Notes: generated from the letters alone by a model not told the origin. Counted from the stretch's first letter, positions 46,890-58,528 are shown. The stretch is DNA of 64,000 nucleotides from an uncultured Desulfobacter sp. (GCA_963665095.1 OY762069.1:2272001-2336000), one strand, 5' to 3'. Numbers and translations are program-made.

Positions 46890-47889
46890 TGGCCACGCAA
46901 AGGTCTGATAAGATGTTACCCACCATGAACAGCAGGGATGAAATCACAAGGATACCCATCACAACGGGATAATCCCGGTCAAGGATCGATTCATATCCTA
47001 AAAGGCCCATGCCGTCGATGTTAAACACCTTTTCAATAAGGAACGAGCCCATCAGAAGAATCGATATATTATTGCCGAAACTGGTGGCAATGGGGATGAG
47101 GCTGTTGCGAAGCGCATGCCGGAATATGGCCTGCTTGAAGCTTAAGCCCTTGGCAATGGCTGTGCGCACGTAATCAGCCGACAGGTTATCCATAAGCGTG
47201 TTTTTCATTAACAGGGTCATCACGGTAAACGACCCCATCACATAGGAGAGCAGCGGCAATACCGTATGCCAGGCCACATCCCTGACTTTTTCCATCAGGG
47301 ACATTTCAGAAAAATAATCGGACATCAGTCCGCCCAAAGGAAACAGATCCATTTGGGAGCTGAACAGCACCAGCATGATCACCCCGGCCACCCATCCGGG
47401 AATGGCGTATCCGGTAAAAATCACAGCAGAGGATATATTGTCAAACCCGCTATTGTGCCGCACAGCCTTGGCCATGCCCAAAGGGATGCAGACCCCGTAA
47501 ATGAGCACCATGCTCAACACCCCGAAATACAGGGAGATGGGAATGCGCTCTTTGATCATATCCCACACCGGATCCTGGTAGCGGGTGGAACGGCCCAGAT
47601 CCCCCTTGAGCACTTTAAGAAGCCAGATGCCATAGCTTTGAAGGACAGGTTTGTCAAATCCGTAATAGGCTTCAAGCTTTTTTATCTGGTCTTGGGACAG
47701 CGGCTGGCCCTGCCCGGCTGTCACCCTTGACCGCCCGCCCTGATCCCCCATCTGCATGGCCCGGGCTTCGGCAATGATGCGCTCAATGGGCCCCCCCGGC
47801 ACAAACCGGGTGATGGTGAACACCATGATGGTGATCCCGATAAAGGTGGGAATAATCAAAAGCAGGCGTCTGATAAAATAGGCGGTCAT
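46861..47889 (-). CDS. yejB: Peptide ABC transporter permease (YejB-like)
   Basis: YFIRRLLLIIPT, VPGGP, YGFDKP, DYVRTAIAKGL, RDYPVVMG. Confidence 0.85.
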   Translation of the reverse strand: MTAYFIRRLLLIIPTFIGITIMVFTITRFVPGGPIERIIAEARAMQMGDQGGRSRVTAGQGQPLSQDQIKKLEAYYGFDKPVLQSYGIWLLKVLKGDLGRSTRYQDPVWDMIKERIPISLYFGVLSMVLIYGVCIPLGMAKAVRHNSGFDNISSAVIFTGYAIPGWVAGVIMLVLFSSQMDLFPLGGLMSDYFSEMSLMEKVRDVAWHTVLPLLSYVMGSFTVMTLLMKNTLMDNLSADYVRTAIAKGLSFKQAIFRHALRNSLIPIATSFGNNISILLMGSFLIEKVFNIDGMGLLGYESILDRDYPVVMGILVISSLLFMVGNILSDLCVAIVDPRVRFK

Positions 47890-47934
47890 GGAATGGAAAC
47901 TGTCCCCGTTGAATCATTGTCCGCAACAGGTTGA

Positions 47935-47984
47935 AAAAAATCAGCGGCAGCCAAAAGGGAAATCCCCCTTTTGGCTGCCGCCGG
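47935..47984 (-). terminator. Probable intrinsic terminator after alaS
   Basis: GCGGCAGCCAAAAGGG...CCCTTTTGGCTGCCGC stem with an A-tract on its left (U-tract on the minus strand). Confidence 0.65.
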
Positions 47985-48011
47985 ATGAATCATTTGATTT
48001 TATACAAAACC

Positions 48012-50633
48012 TTAAGAAATGGTCTCATAAACAGATGCCAGGGCCTTGTCCAGAAATTCCGGTTTGGTGCCGCCGGCCTGGGCCATGTCCGGCCGGCCGC
48101 CACCGCCGCCGCCCACAATACCGGCTGCGGTTTTAACAATGCTACCGGCCTTATAGGTCTTGGTCAGATCGTCAGTGACCATGGCAATGAGCAGGGCCTT
48201 GCCGTTGGATTCTGCGCCAAGCAGCAGTACGCCAGAGCCCAGTTTGGCCTTGAATTTATCGGCCAGATCCCGCAGCTGGGAGGGATTTTCAATCTGCACC
48301 CGCTTGGCCAGCACCTTGACCCCGTTGATCTCTTTGATGTTGTCATCAATGTCATCAAGGGATTTGGAGGCAATCTTGGCTTTCAATGATGCCAGCTCTT
48401 TTTCCACCGCTTTTTTCTCGGATAGCAGGGCCTCAACCTTTTCCACCAGATCATCCTTGGCGCCTTTGACAAGGCCTGCCACCTTTTCAATGGCAGCCTG
48501 GTCCGCGTGCACGGTTTCAAGGGCTGCCATCCCGGTAACGGCCTCAATACGCCGCACACCGGAAGCAATGCCGCCCTCTGACAGAATGCGGAACAGGCCT
48601 ATATCACCGGTGGCACTGGTGTGGGTGCCCCCGCACAGCTCCTGGGAAAATTCCCCCTGGGAGACCACCCGGACCACATCCCCGTACTTTTCTTCAAAAA
48701 GTGCTGTGGCTCCGGACCGGACAGCCTCGTCCATGCCCATCTCCTTGACATGCACGGCATGGTTCTCACATATCCGGCGGTTCACCTCCGCCTCAATGGC
48801 GTAAAGCTCTTCAGGGGTCACCGCACTGAAATGGGTGAAGTCAAAGCGCAGGCGCTCCGGTGTCACCAGTGAGCCTGACTGTTTAACATGGTCGCCGAGC
48901 ACCTTGCGCAATGCCGCATGTAGAATATGGGTGGCGGAATGGTTCACGGCCGTTGCCCGCCGCAGGGCAGCGTCCACTTTCAAGGTAAAGGTGTCTCCCT
49001 TTTTACAGGAACCTTTGATCACCTTTCCTTTGTGGATAAAAAGACCGGAAGGATCTTTGACCGTATCGTCAATCTCAATGGTGCAGGCCGCATTTTCAAA
49101 CACGCCCTTATCCCCGGTCTGGCCACCGGACTCTGCATAGAACACCGTGGCAGATGTTACCAGTTCTATCACATCGCCTTCAGCAGCGGTTTGGATTTCT
49201 GCCTCATCCTTCACCACGATGAGCAGGTCACTCTCCATTTCAATGGCATCATATCCCCTGAAGGCTGTTTTCACACCGGCAGAGGTCAAGGGTTTATACG
49301 CCTCTCCCACACCGGCAAATTTCTTTTTGGACTTGGAACGGGCCTTCTGTTCGGCCATGGCGGCATCAAACCCTGCGATATCCAGGCTGATCTGTGTCTC
49401 CTTGACATGGTCCTGGATAATGTCCACCGGGAATCCATAGGTGTCATACAGCTTGAAAATCACATCGCCCGGAATCACGTTCTCGTTTTTCTTTTCCAGA
49501 TCCTCAATGGTGGCCTCCAGCAGTTTCATGCCGGTTTCGAGGGTCTCCAGGAACTTTTCCTCTTCGTTTTTCACCACATTGAGGATAAAGGCGGCAGACT
49601 CCTTAAGTTCCGGATAGGCCTCGTCCATGATGGAAAATACCGTTTTAACGGTTTCATGCAGAAAGGGTTTGGTCAGCCCGATGCTACGGCCGTAACGGAT
49701 GGCACGTCTCATGATCCGGCGAAGCACGTATCCTCTGCCCTCGTTGGATGGCAGCACCCCGTCACAGATCAGAAAGGCGGAAGACCGGGAGTGATCGGCA
49801 ATCACCTTCATGGCCACTTCCACTTCTCTGGACTCGCCCCGTTTTTTGCCGGCCAGCTCCCCTACCCGCTCCATAATTGGGATAAACAGGTCGGTGTCAA
49901 AATTTGTAGGCACATTCTGGAGTACGGAGATAATGCGCTCAAGGCCAAGACCGGTGTCAATACTGGGCTTGGGCAAGGGTGTCATGGTGCCGTCCGCACT
50001 TCTTTCAAACTGCATGAATACCAGGTTCCACAACTCCAGCCACCGGTCACAGTCGCAACCCACGGCACAGTTGGGATCATCGCACCCGAACTCTTTGCCC
50101 CGGTCAATGTGGATTTCAGAACAGGGACCGCAGGGGCCGGTGTCACCCATGGCCCAGAAGTTGTCTTCCTCGCCCAGCCGCGAAATGCGTTCCTCGGGCA
50201 CGCCCACCTGGTCCCGCCAGATGGCATAGGCCTCGTCATCATCCTTATATACGGAGACATACAGTTTATCAGGATCAAATCCAAACCCGTTGGTCAGCAG
50301 ATCCCAGGCAAAGTCAATGGCCTTTTCCTTGAAATAATCACCAAAGGAAAAATTGCCCAGCATCTCAAAAAAGGTGTGGTGGCGCGCAGTATACCCGACG
50401 TTTTCAAGGTCATTGTGCTTGCCGCCTGCCCGCACGCATTTCTGGGCAGTTACCGCTGTAGAATAGTCGCGTTTTTCATCCCCTGTGAATACGCGTTTGA
50501 ACTGCACCATACCGGCATTGACGAACAGCAGGGTCGGGTCATCCTGGGGCACCAGTGATGACGAGCGCACCTGGTGGTGATTGTGTTTCTTAAAATATTC
50601 AAGGAAAATTTTCCTGGCTTCATTACCTGTCAT
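48012..50633 (-). CDS. alaS: Alanine--tRNA ligase
   Basis: DPTLLFVNAGM, RHHTFFEMLGNFSFGDYFK, HSATH, ELCGGTH, GGGGGRPDMAQAGG. Confidence 0.99.
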   Translation of the reverse strand: MTGNEARKIFLEYFKKHNHHQVRSSSLVPQDDPTLLFVNAGMVQFKRVFTGDEKRDYSTAVTAQKCVRAGGKHNDLENVGYTARHHTFFEMLGNFSFGDYFKEKAIDFAWDLLTNGFGFDPDKLYVSVYKDDDEAYAIWRDQVGVPEERISRLGEEDNFWAMGDTGPCGPCSEIHIDRGKEFGCDDPNCAVGCDCDRWLELWNLVFMQFERSADGTMTPLPKPSIDTGLGLERIISVLQNVPTNFDTDLFIPIMERVGELAGKKRGESREVEVAMKVIADHSRSSAFLICDGVLPSNEGRGYVLRRIMRRAIRYGRSIGLTKPFLHETVKTVFSIMDEAYPELKESAAFILNVVKNEEEKFLETLETGMKLLEATIEDLEKKNENVIPGDVIFKLYDTYGFPVDIIQDHVKETQISLDIAGFDAAMAEQKARSKSKKKFAGVGEAYKPLTSAGVKTAFRGYDAIEMESDLLIVVKDEAEIQTAAEGDVIELVTSATVFYAESGGQTGDKGVFENAACTIEIDDTVKDPSGLFIHKGKVIKGSCKKGDTFTLKVDAALRRATAVNHSATHILHAALRKVLGDHVKQSGSLVTPERLRFDFTHFSAVTPEELYAIEAEVNRRICENHAVHVKEMGMDEAVRSGATALFEEKYGDVVRVVSQGEFSQELCGGTHTSATGDIGLFRILSEGGIASGVRRIEAVTGMAALETVHADQAAIEKVAGLVKGAKDDLVEKVEALLSEKKAVEKELASLKAKIASKSLDDIDDNIKEINGVKVLAKRVQIENPSQLRDLADKFKAKLGSGVLLLGAESNGKALLIAMVTDDLTKTYKAGSIVKTAAGIVGGGGGGRPDMAQAGGTKPEFLDKALASVYETIS

Positions 50634-50664
50634 AGCTTATCGGCTCCTGCTCCGCTGCCGGCAC

Positions 50665-51717
50665 TTATATGTCCAGCAGACCGTCCTTTCCGGCACCATT
50701 GGCGCTTTTGGCAGCGTCAGGTCCGGCAATTCCAAGTTGTGTTCTCACTTTATTCTCAATGGCATCAAAAATATCCGGATTATCCGTCAGAAACGCCTTT
50801 ACATTCTCACGTCCCTGGCCGATGCGCTCTCCGTCATAGGAGTACCAGGACCCGCTTTTGTCCACCACATTGAGATCAACGCCCATATCCAGCAGATCCC
50901 CTGTGCGCGAAATTCCCTCACCGTACATCAGGTCAAATTCCACATTTTTAAACGGGGGGGCCAGCTTGTTTTTTACCACCTTGACCTTGGTCCGGTTGCC
51001 TAATATATCTTCACCGCTCTTAATGGCGGCGGCTTTCCTGATTTCAAGACGCATGGATGCGTAAAATTTTAAAGCATTGCCGCCGGTGGTGGTTTCAGGG
51101 TTACCGTAGACCACACCGATCTTCATACGGATCTGGTTAATAAAGATGATGGTGGTGGCTGTCTTGCCAATGGTGGCAGTCAGTTTTCGCAGGGCCTGGG
51201 ACATGAGGCGTGCCTGCAGCCCCATATGCGAGTCACCCATCTCCCCTTCAATTTCAGACCGGGGCACAAGGGCTGCCACCGAGTCCACAACCATGATATC
51301 AATGCCGCCGCTTCTCACCAGCATGTCGGCAATTTCCAAAGCCTGCTCGCCGGTATCAGGCTGGGAGACCAGCAGTTCATCACAGTCCACGCCAAGACGC
51401 CTTGCATAGGAGACATCCAGGGCATGCTCGGCATCAATAAACCCGGCAATACCGCCATTCTTCTGGGCCTGGGCCACGGCATGAAGCGCCAGCGTTGTTT
51501 TCCCTGAAGATTCCGGGCCATAGATCTCAATAACCCGCCCCCGGGGATATCCGCCAACCCCCAGCGCCTTGTCCAGGGCAAGGGAGCCTGACCGGATAAC
51601 AGGTACCGCCTCCACCTGCCGGCCGCCCAGTTTCATGACAGATCCTTTGCCGAACTGACGCTCGATCTGATTCATGGCGGTCTGGACTGCCTTTTCCTTT
51701 TCCTTGTTTTTTTCCAT
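50665..51717 (-). CDS. recA: Recombinase RecA
   Basis: [35 protein letters not shown]. Confidence 0.99.
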   Translation of the reverse strand: MEKNKEKEKAVQTAMNQIERQFGKGSVMKLGGRQVEAVPVIRSGSLALDKALGVGGYPRGRVIEIYGPESSGKTTLALHAVAQAQKNGGIAGFIDAEHALDVSYARRLGVDCDELLVSQPDTGEQALEIADMLVRSGGIDIMVVDSVAALVPRSEIEGEMGDSHMGLQARLMSQALRKLTATIGKTATTIIFINQIRMKIGVVYGNPETTTGGNALKFYASMRLEIRKAAAIKSGEDILGNRTKVKVVKNKLAPPFKNVEFDLMYGEGISRTGDLLDMGVDLNVVDKSGSWYSYDGERIGQGRENVKAFLTDNPDIFDAIENKVRTQLGIAGPDAAKSANGAGKDGLLDI

Positions 51718-51727
51718 GGGATTCCTC

Positions 51728-52198
51728 CTAAATCATACCTGTCAGGTATATGGCTTTTAGCAGGAAAGCCGCCAGCACCCCTGCCATTAAATCATCCAGC
51801 ACAATGCCGGCCCCGCCGGAAAAGGTATCTTCAAACCAGCAGACCGGAAAGGGCTTTAATATATCAAAACATCTGAACGCCAGAAATCCGGCAACCAGGG
51901 TGACCGGCGTCACGGGCACCAGGGTCATGGTGATGCAGAAACCTGCCATCTCATCAATCACCACGGCGCCCGGATCTTTTGTTTCCATCAGTGCCTCAGC
52001 CCTATGGGCAATCCAGACAGAAAAGAGAATAACGATCACCAGGAACAGTCCGGCAGCACCTGCTGACACTGTTTTGTCCAGCCAGGCCAGGATGCCGATC
52101 AGCGGCAGGCCGGCAAGGGTGCCAAAGGTGCCCGGCGCAACCGGCGCCCGGCCCAGGCCAAAACCTGTGGCAATGAAAAGTATGGCTTTTTCCCCCAT
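51728..52198 (-). CDS. pgpA: Phosphatidylglycerophosphatase A
   Basis: [31 protein letters not shown]. Confidence 0.93.
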   Translation of the reverse strand: MGEKAILFIATGFGLGRAPVAPGTFGTLAGLPLIGILAWLDKTVSAGAAGLFLVIVILFSVWIAHRAEALMETKDPGAVVIDEMAGFCITMTLVPVTPVTLVAGFLAFRCFDILKPFPVCWFEDTFSGGAGIVLDDLMAGVLAAFLLKAIYLTGMI

Positions 52199-53427
52199 CA
52201 GACAGATCCTTTTCCGGTCTTGTATAATCCGGCCGCTTCTGTGTCAAGTGGATTTGATGCCATCCAGATCTGGTGGCAGACCTGCTCAAAGGGCAGTCCA
52301 TGTTCAAGACAAAGGCGTCTCACATCATCATATTCCGGTGAGAACCGTACCTGCCCTGACGGATCTGTGACCTTTTTCACCCGGGCCGTACCAAGGCTTG
52401 TCTCCACCCCTATGGATTCCCGGTTAAGAATCATACGGTCGCACAGGTGATACCGCACACCAATGGCAGTGGTTTCAGTGAGCAGGGCTGCTGAAAGCTT
52501 CTGCACCGTTTCTTTTGTGCAGATCACCTCAATGCGCGTGGCCGGCCGGTTCTTTTTCATGAACACAGGTGTAAAGCTGACATCCAGGGCACCCTGGTCC
52601 ATAAGGCGCTCCATGGCAAAGCCCAGACCTTCCGGGGTCATGTCATCCACATTGGTATAGATCACATACACCTGGTCTGAACGGACATGGCTGCAGATGT
52701 CTGCATCTGAAGCTGAAGCCCGGCCCAGAACCATGCGCAAAAGATTGGGGGCTGAAGCGCCGGTTTCCCGTTTTCCCGCCCCATACCCCACTTTTTCAAT
52801 CTGCATGTCCGGCACCGGTCCGAAGGTTGGAGAAAGCGTGGCCACAATGGCCGCACCCGTGGGGGTGACAATCTCGGTTTCAGCGTCCGAGCCTCTGACC
52901 TCAAGGCCCTTGAGTATGGCCACCGTGGCCGGCACCGGCACAGGGATGGTGCCGTGGGCGCAGGAAATTGTGCCCGAACCTAACGCAATGGGGGTGGCAA
53001 CCACCTGGTCCACATTTAAATAGTGCAGCCCCAGAAAACTGCCGATGATATCCACCAGGCTGTCAATGCCGCCGATCTCATGGAAATGGACCGTCTCAAT
53101 ATCCTGGCCGTGGATATGGGATTCGGCCAGGGCAAGTTTTTTAAAGGCTGAAAGGGCATTGGCCCGGACCGGATCCGGCAGGTCCGCCGAGGCAATCATC
53201 TGCCGGATGTCGGTGTAATGGCGATGGGTGACATGATCCGTGACATCCACATAGAGATTCACAGCCCGCAGATGATGCCGGAAAACAACCTCTGTTCGCA
53301 AGGAAAAGCCGTCCAGAAATGTTTTAAGCTGTTTTTCAAGCCACGCCACCGGAACGCCCAAGTCCACCAGGGTGCCCAGAAACATATCCCCGCTTACGCC
53401 TGAAAACATATCCAGAAAAAGAAGCAT
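52198..53427 (-). CDS. larC: Nickel pincer cofactor biosynthesis protein LarC
   Basis: SGVSGDM, HFHEIG, AHG..PVP.PAT, TPTGAA, MKKNRP, PEYDD. Confidence 0.93.
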   Translation of the reverse strand: MLLFLDMFSGVSGDMFLGTLVDLGVPVAWLEKQLKTFLDGFSLRTEVVFRHHLRAVNLYVDVTDHVTHRHYTDIRQMIASADLPDPVRANALSAFKKLALAESHIHGQDIETVHFHEIGGIDSLVDIIGSFLGLHYLNVDQVVATPIALGSGTISCAHGTIPVPVPATVAILKGLEVRGSDAETEIVTPTGAAIVATLSPTFGPVPDMQIEKVGYGAGKRETGASAPNLLRMVLGRASASDADICSHVRSDQVYVIYTNVDDMTPEGLGFAMERLMDQGALDVSFTPVFMKKNRPATRIEVICTKETVQKLSAALLTETTAIGVRYHLCDRMILNRESIGVETSLGTARVKKVTDPSGQVRFSPEYDDVRRLCLEHGLPFEQVCHQIWMASNPLDTEAAGLYKTGKGSV

Positions 53428-53436
53428 GTGAGGCAG

Positions 53437-54594
53437 TTATCCTTTGGCGTGGAGTTGAAGGATCTCAAGGACCAGTTCTGCGCAGGCCACCATATCCTTC
53501 AGGGCAATGGACTCGTTCAGGGTATGAACATCTGTCATACCCGTGCCGATAACGCCGGCAACTATGCCGTTGCCGAAAAACACATTGGCATCTGCCGCAC
53601 CGCCGCTGACTTTACACGCCATGGTCCGGCCCAGGTTCCGGGCAGCCTTCTTGGCCAGTGCAATCACCTCATGGTCTTCAGGAATATTGGTGTTGGGAAA
53701 ATCCTTTTTCACGATCATCTCCACCCGGGGCAGATCCTCGCCCTCCCTGCGAAGCTGGGCCATGGTCTCTTCAAAGGTGGAGACAATGGTCTTTGTAACC
53801 TGTTCCAGTTTTGCAGGGTCATGGGAGCGGGCTTCGCCATGAATTTCCACATACTCGGGAACAATGTTGGTGGCAGCCCCGCCGGAAATAAGCCCTAAGT
53901 TGCAGGTGGTCTCCTCGTCAATACGTCCCAGTTCCAGTTTTGCAATGGCGCAGGCAGCTGAATGAATGGCAGAGATCCCGTTTTCAGGAGAGCCCCCGGC
54001 ATGGGCCGCCTTGCCATAGATTTTTGCACTGATCTTATTGGCTGTAGGGGCCCGGGTGACAATTCCCTCAGTATCCACAGAGTCCAGAATATATCCGAAT
54101 TTGGATGTCACCAGGGAGAGATCCATATTTTTAGCACCGAGCAATCCCTGCTCCTCGCACACGGTGAGGACCACCTCCACCGGGGGACAGGGCAGATCGT
54201 TATCTTTGATGATCTGCATCACCTCCAGGATAATGGCCAGAGCCGACTTGTCGTCGGAACCCAGAATGGTGGTGCCGTCGCTTCGGAACACCCCGTCTTC
54301 AAACTGCACCTTGACCCCGTTGCCCGGCACCACCGTGTCCATGTGGCCGGAAAGCATCACCGGCGGGACATCGGCATTTCCCTTGAAAGCAGCCACCAGG
54401 TTGCCGCAGTTGCCGTCAACCTTCTCTCCTGCATTATCAAACACCACAGAGGTGGCCCCGAGACGTATCAGTTCCGTTTCAAGAACCTTTGAAATCTCGG
54501 CCTCGTTCCTGGATTCTGAGTCAATCTGGGCAAGTCTTGTAAACATACGGCCCAGGCGGTCTTTATCAATCATTACATCTCCTTTATGTTTCAA
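53437..54594 (-). CDS. Peptidase T-like M20 metallopeptidase
   Basis: HMDTV, LGSDDK, CEEQGL.G, GKAAHAG, GG.DAN, HT. Confidence 0.9.
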   Translation of the reverse strand: MKHKGDVMIDKDRLGRMFTRLAQIDSESRNEAEISKVLETELIRLGATSVVFDNAGEKVDGNCGNLVAAFKGNADVPPVMLSGHMDTVVPGNGVKVQFEDGVFRSDGTTILGSDDKSALAIILEVMQIIKDNDLPCPPVEVVLTVCEEQGLLGAKNMDLSLVTSKFGYILDSVDTEGIVTRAPTANKISAKIYGKAAHAGGSPENGISAIHSAACAIAKLELGRIDEETTCNLGLISGGAATNIVPEYVEIHGEARSHDPAKLEQVTKTIVSTFEETMAQLRREGEDLPRVEMIVKKDFPNTNIPEDHEVIALAKKAARNLGRTMACKVSGGAADANVFFGNGIVAGVIGTGMTDVHTLNESIALKDMVACAELVLEILQLHAKG

Positions 54595-54654
54595 TATATA
54601 TCAGGCCCTGCAGAGCCTTTTACACAAGTGGATTAATATACAAGAGTTTATCAT

Positions 54655-54975
54655 GAAATACCACCCCGGATATGCCTCCTGACAGAATCCCCAAATACCT
54701 GGGCAGAACCATCAAGGCTGGATATATAGTAACGCCTATCAAAGCTGACTTTTCCATCAACATCCCGAGTGCTCTCCACCATTCCCATAGATTTCAAACC
54801 GGGCCAATTTTCTTTGTCGTCAAGCCAATCGATATCACAGGTTGTTACATTTCTACGGGTTTCAATGCGGCCATGCCCACCATCTACTGCTTCATGTTCA
54901 TCGAAAGAATACCCTGTTTCTTTCATGCTATCCATGTCGTCAATAAAAAGGACTATATTATCCTGAAAGTCGTAT
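54655..54975 (-). mobile_element. ISAs1-family transposase fragment
   Basis: GHGRIETR...WPGLKSMG.VES.R...RYYISSL...VRRH; truncated at both ends. Confidence 0.8.
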
Positions 54976-55009
54976 AAAGCGTACACTATTCGTGGCGTAC
55001 CCCCAGATG

Positions 55010-55400
55010 GGGTCAACCAGGGTCAAAAATTTCACATTGCGTAAGGAAAATTCCATCATGTTTTTCTGGCTGTGGTAGTCGTTATCAGTGACGACCAGAG
55101 GTTTTTCAAGATGGAGGCATTTAAGTTGTGTCAAAGTGTTTTCAATCTTGATCTTTGTTGAACCCTTGTCTTGCCTCCGACTGATTTTCAGAATAGGTCG
55201 AGATTTTGGTCGAATCAAACGCTGCTACAGAAGATTTCCCCAGGTGTTCAGTCGAGCTGAAAAATAGCGTTGAACGCCTTCTTCATTTCGTCCAACATTT
55301 TTAAACAGATTTCCATACACGTCTTCCGTGACTCCTTCATGATATGGAAGTGGGTGCATCACTTGCTGATCAACATCCATTTGACAATTTTCAAGTAGCT
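55010..55400 (-). mobile_element. Degraded IS1634-like transposase fragment
   Basis: IENTLTQLKCL..EKPLVVTDNDYHSQKN and upstream HPLPYHEGVTEDVYGNLF segments, discontinuous. Confidence 0.55.
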
Positions 55401-55590
55401 TAAGAATAATAGCAAAACGGTATCCTGAGCGGTTTGCAAAATTAGCCCTTAAATTCCCTGAAGATATTGATCCGGCTTATATTGCAGCGGTCATAGACGG
55501 TTGCTGCCAGATAAAGCTCGATTCAAATCTTCCTGATGAAACATCGGTCCAAATTTATGTTTTCATGTATTGGCTGAGGGTAATCCAAAC

Positions 55591-55668
55591 AATATTTTGA
55601 TCAAATGATCAAAATATTTCTTGACACAACCCCGCCCCAGGCTTATATTTTGATCAAACGATCATAAT
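55591..55668 (+). promoter_or_regulatory. Sigma-70 promoter flanked by two palindromic operators
   Basis: TTGACA (55621)-N17-TATATT (55644); perfect palindrome AATATTTTGATCA-AA-TGATCAAAATATT at 55591-55618; second imperfect copy overlapping the -10. Confidence 0.75.
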
Positions 55669-55679
55669 AAGGAGTGAAC

Positions 55680-56006
55680 ATGCCCAGGCCCAAACGCCCA
55701 AGATGCATTGCAGCCAGACCCACAATTAAAGGATTCAAACCCAGAGGAATAATGGAAACCGGAGAAATTTTTCTCACCCTGGAGGAATTTGAATCCCTCA
55801 GACTGATTGATTATGAAGGCCTGGACCAGTCCGGGGCTGCCGAAGTCATGGCAGTGTCACGCCAAACCGTAGGACGGATATTGAAATCTGCCCGGCAGAA
55901 AATGGCAGCGTCCCTGGTAACAGCAAAACGGCTTACGGTCCAGGGCGGTTGCTATGAAATGCGGGGGCGGGGAATGGGCAGGGGCTGTCGGCATGGTCGC
56001 CAATAG
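55680..56006 (+). CDS. DUF134-family HTH protein
   Basis: MPRPKRPR, FKPRG, EEFESLRLIDYEGLDQ..AAEVM.VSRQT. Confidence 0.9.
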   Translation: MPRPKRPRCIAARPTIKGFKPRGIMETGEIFLTLEEFESLRLIDYEGLDQSGAAEVMAVSRQTVGRILKSARQKMAASLVTAKRLTVQGGCYEMRGRGMGRGCRHGRQ

Positions 56007-56070
56007 TGCCAGCCAAGGACTAAGTCAGTCCACCAGGATTAACGTACAACTCAAAATAAGGAGAAATATT

Positions 56071-56400
56071 ATGCCAGGATTAAACCAGATGGGACCAGAT
56101 AATATGGGCCCAATGACAGGAAGAAGAATGGGAAGCTGTATGACTGGAAATGCACAGAATCCAACCTATTCCGGTCAGGGATATGGTCGTGGATACGGAC
56201 AGGGATCTGGCTATGGCCGGGGCAGAGGCTGTGGTCGCGGATTCGGCCCCCGTGGAAGAGGATTTGGCTTTCAGGGGGCACCAGCACCCTGGGCTCAGGC
56301 AGCGCCGGTCACAAAAGCAGACCTGAACATGAGGGCACAGGCCCTGGAACAGGAACTTGAGGCAGTCCGAAACGAACTGAACAATCTGTCACAAGAATAA
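56071..56400 (+). CDS. DUF5320-family Gly/Arg-rich protein
   Basis: MPG....GP...GPMTGR..G.C, GRG repeats, C-terminal coiled coil; SD TAAGGAG. Confidence 0.8.
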   Translation: MPGLNQMGPDNMGPMTGRRMGSCMTGNAQNPTYSGQGYGRGYGQGSGYGRGRGCGRGFGPRGRGFGFQGAPAPWAQAAPVTKADLNMRAQALEQELEAVRNELNNLSQE

Positions 56401-56422
56401 TACATCTTCCTGAACACAGAAA

Positions 56423-56461
56423 CGGCCGGATATTCACAAGTGGATATCCGGCCGCTTTTTC
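56423..56461 (+). terminator. Intrinsic terminator between convergent genes
   Basis: CGGCCGGATATTCAC-AA-GTGGATATCCGGCCG followed by a T tract. Confidence 0.75.
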
Positions 56462-56494
56462 AAAATCAAAACTGGATGCCTGAAAAGGATAACG

Positions 56495-58528
56495 CTATAC
56501 CGCATCAAAGCTGTTAAACTGCATGGTAAACGTGCCCCGGCCCTGGGTGGCGGAACGTAAGGCTGTGGAATAACCAAACATCCGTGACAGCGGCACCACT
56601 GCCTTTACAATCTGGACACCAGCCTTGGGGGTAATGGATTCCACCCTGCCCCCCCGGGCATTGAGATCGGCAATGGCATCCCCCATGTTGGCATCCGGTA
56701 CAAACACCTCCACGCTCATAATGGGCTCAAGCAGGGCCATTTTTCCATTTTTCAGGGCCTCCTTGACAGCCATGGCGCCGCATACACTAAAGCCGAGGTC
56801 TGAACTTTTACCCTCTTCACTGGCACCATCTGCAAGCACAATTTCAACATCCACAATGGGATACCCCTTGAGAAACCCACCCTCAAGGCTCTCCCGGATA
56901 CCGGTTTCAATATTCCCGATGTACTGGGGAGCCACCTTATCCTCGGGAATCAGATTTTTAAATGTTACACCCTGGCCACGGCCCAGGGGATTGAGTGCCA
57001 CAGTCAGGCTGGCATAATGGGACTTGCCCTGGATTTCCCGCTCAAATATGGCATGGCCACTGGCAGGGGCCGTGACAATTTCACGGTAGACCACCTGGGG
57101 TTTGCCCACATTCACATTGGTATTGAACTCCTTGACCATCCTTGAAATGATGATCTCCAGGTGAAGTTCTCCCATACCGGACAGGATGGTCTGCCCGGTC
57201 TCTTCATCCTTACTCACCTTAAGCGTGGGGTCTTCCACCAGAAATTTAGCCAGTACATCATCCAGTTTTTCCTGGTCTGCATGGGTTTTGGGCTCAATGG
57301 CGATGGAAATTACCGGGTCTTCATAATCCATTTTTTCCAGGAGGACGGGGTGCTCGCTGGTGCAAAGGGTATCGCCTGTGCCGGAATCCTTCAGCCCCAC
57401 AATGCCGATAATATCACCGGCAGAGGCTTCATCCAACCGTTCGCGCTTGTTTGCATGCATCCGCAAAATACGGGAGAGTTTTTCCTTGCGGTTTAATGCG
57501 GGATTAAACACATCCCCGCCCGAGGCAAGCTTTCCGGAATAGATCCGGGCAAAGGAAAGTTTGCGGCCCTCAATCATGGAAACCTTGAAAATAAGGGCGG
57601 CCAGAGGTGCATTTTTTTCCGGCTTGAACTCAAGAACCGCTCCTGTTTCAGGGTGTTCCCCCTTGACAGGCGGGATATCCTTGGGGCTTGGCAGGTAGAA
57701 ATCAATGGCGTCCAGCAGCGGCTGCACCCCCTTATTTTTCAGGGCGGATCCGCACAGCACAGGCACCATATCCCGACGGATGGTAGCGGCCCGGATGGCG
57801 GCCCGCAGCTCATCCACGGCAATCTCTTCCTCGCCCAGATATTTTTCCATGATGGCATCATCCAGTTCGGATACGGCTTCCAGAAGCTTATCGCGGTATT
57901 CAGCCGCCAGGGCCTGGAATTCATCTTCAATGGGACCGGCGGTGTATTCCGCGCCCAGCGTATCATCGTTCCAGGCAATCTGCTCCATGGTCAGAAGATC
58001 AATAACGCCTCTGAACCGGTCTTCGGCGCCAATGGGCACCTGGATCATGACCGGATTGGCCGCCAGTTTTTCTTTAATGGAGTTAACAGCTGCAAAGAAG
58101 TCCGCACCGGTCCGGTCCATCTTGTTGATAAAGGCCATTCTCGGAACTTTGTAGCGGTCAGCCTGGCGCCAGACGGTTTCGGACTGGGGTTCCACCCCGC
58201 CTACGGCACAAAATACGCCGATAGCCCCGTCCAGTACCCTTAAAGCACGTTCCACCTCCACGGTGAAATCCACGTGCCCAGGGGTGTCAATGATCTGGAT
58301 GGTGGCCCCTTTCCACTGGCAGTAGGTAACCGCCGAGGTAATGGTGATGCCCCGGTCCTGCTCATCCTGCATCCAGTCCATGGTGGCCTCGCCGTCATGG
58401 ACCTCGCCGATTTTATGGGATCTGCCTGTGTAAAAGAGAATCCGTTCGGTCACCGTGGTCTTACCCGCATCAATGTGGGCCATGATTCCGATATTTCTGA
58501 TTTTTGATATGTTTTTCTGCTTGCTCAT
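56495..58528 (-). CDS. fusA: Elongation factor G (stand-alone copy)
   Basis: [34 protein letters not shown]; not next to rpsL/rpsG in this window. Confidence 0.95.
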   Translation of the reverse strand: MSKQKNISKIRNIGIMAHIDAGKTTVTERILFYTGRSHKIGEVHDGEATMDWMQDEQDRGITITSAVTYCQWKGATIQIIDTPGHVDFTVEVERALRVLDGAIGVFCAVGGVEPQSETVWRQADRYKVPRMAFINKMDRTGADFFAAVNSIKEKLAANPVMIQVPIGAEDRFRGVIDLLTMEQIAWNDDTLGAEYTAGPIEDEFQALAAEYRDKLLEAVSELDDAIMEKYLGEEEIAVDELRAAIRAATIRRDMVPVLCGSALKNKGVQPLLDAIDFYLPSPKDIPPVKGEHPETGAVLEFKPEKNAPLAALIFKVSMIEGRKLSFARIYSGKLASGGDVFNPALNRKEKLSRILRMHANKRERLDEASAGDIIGIVGLKDSGTGDTLCTSEHPVLLEKMDYEDPVISIAIEPKTHADQEKLDDVLAKFLVEDPTLKVSKDEETGQTILSGMGELHLEIIISRMVKEFNTNVNVGKPQVVYREIVTAPASGHAIFEREIQGKSHYASLTVALNPLGRGQGVTFKNLIPEDKVAPQYIGNIETGIRESLEGGFLKGYPIVDVEIVLADGASEEGKSSDLGFSVCGAMAVKEALKNGKMALLEPIMSVEVFVPDANMGDAIADLNARGGRVESITPKAGVQIVKAVVPLSRMFGYSTALRSATQGRGTFTMQFNSFDAV

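Noticed and set aside
48927..50558. 543-aa plus-strand ORF
   Set aside because: Antisense shadow of alaS
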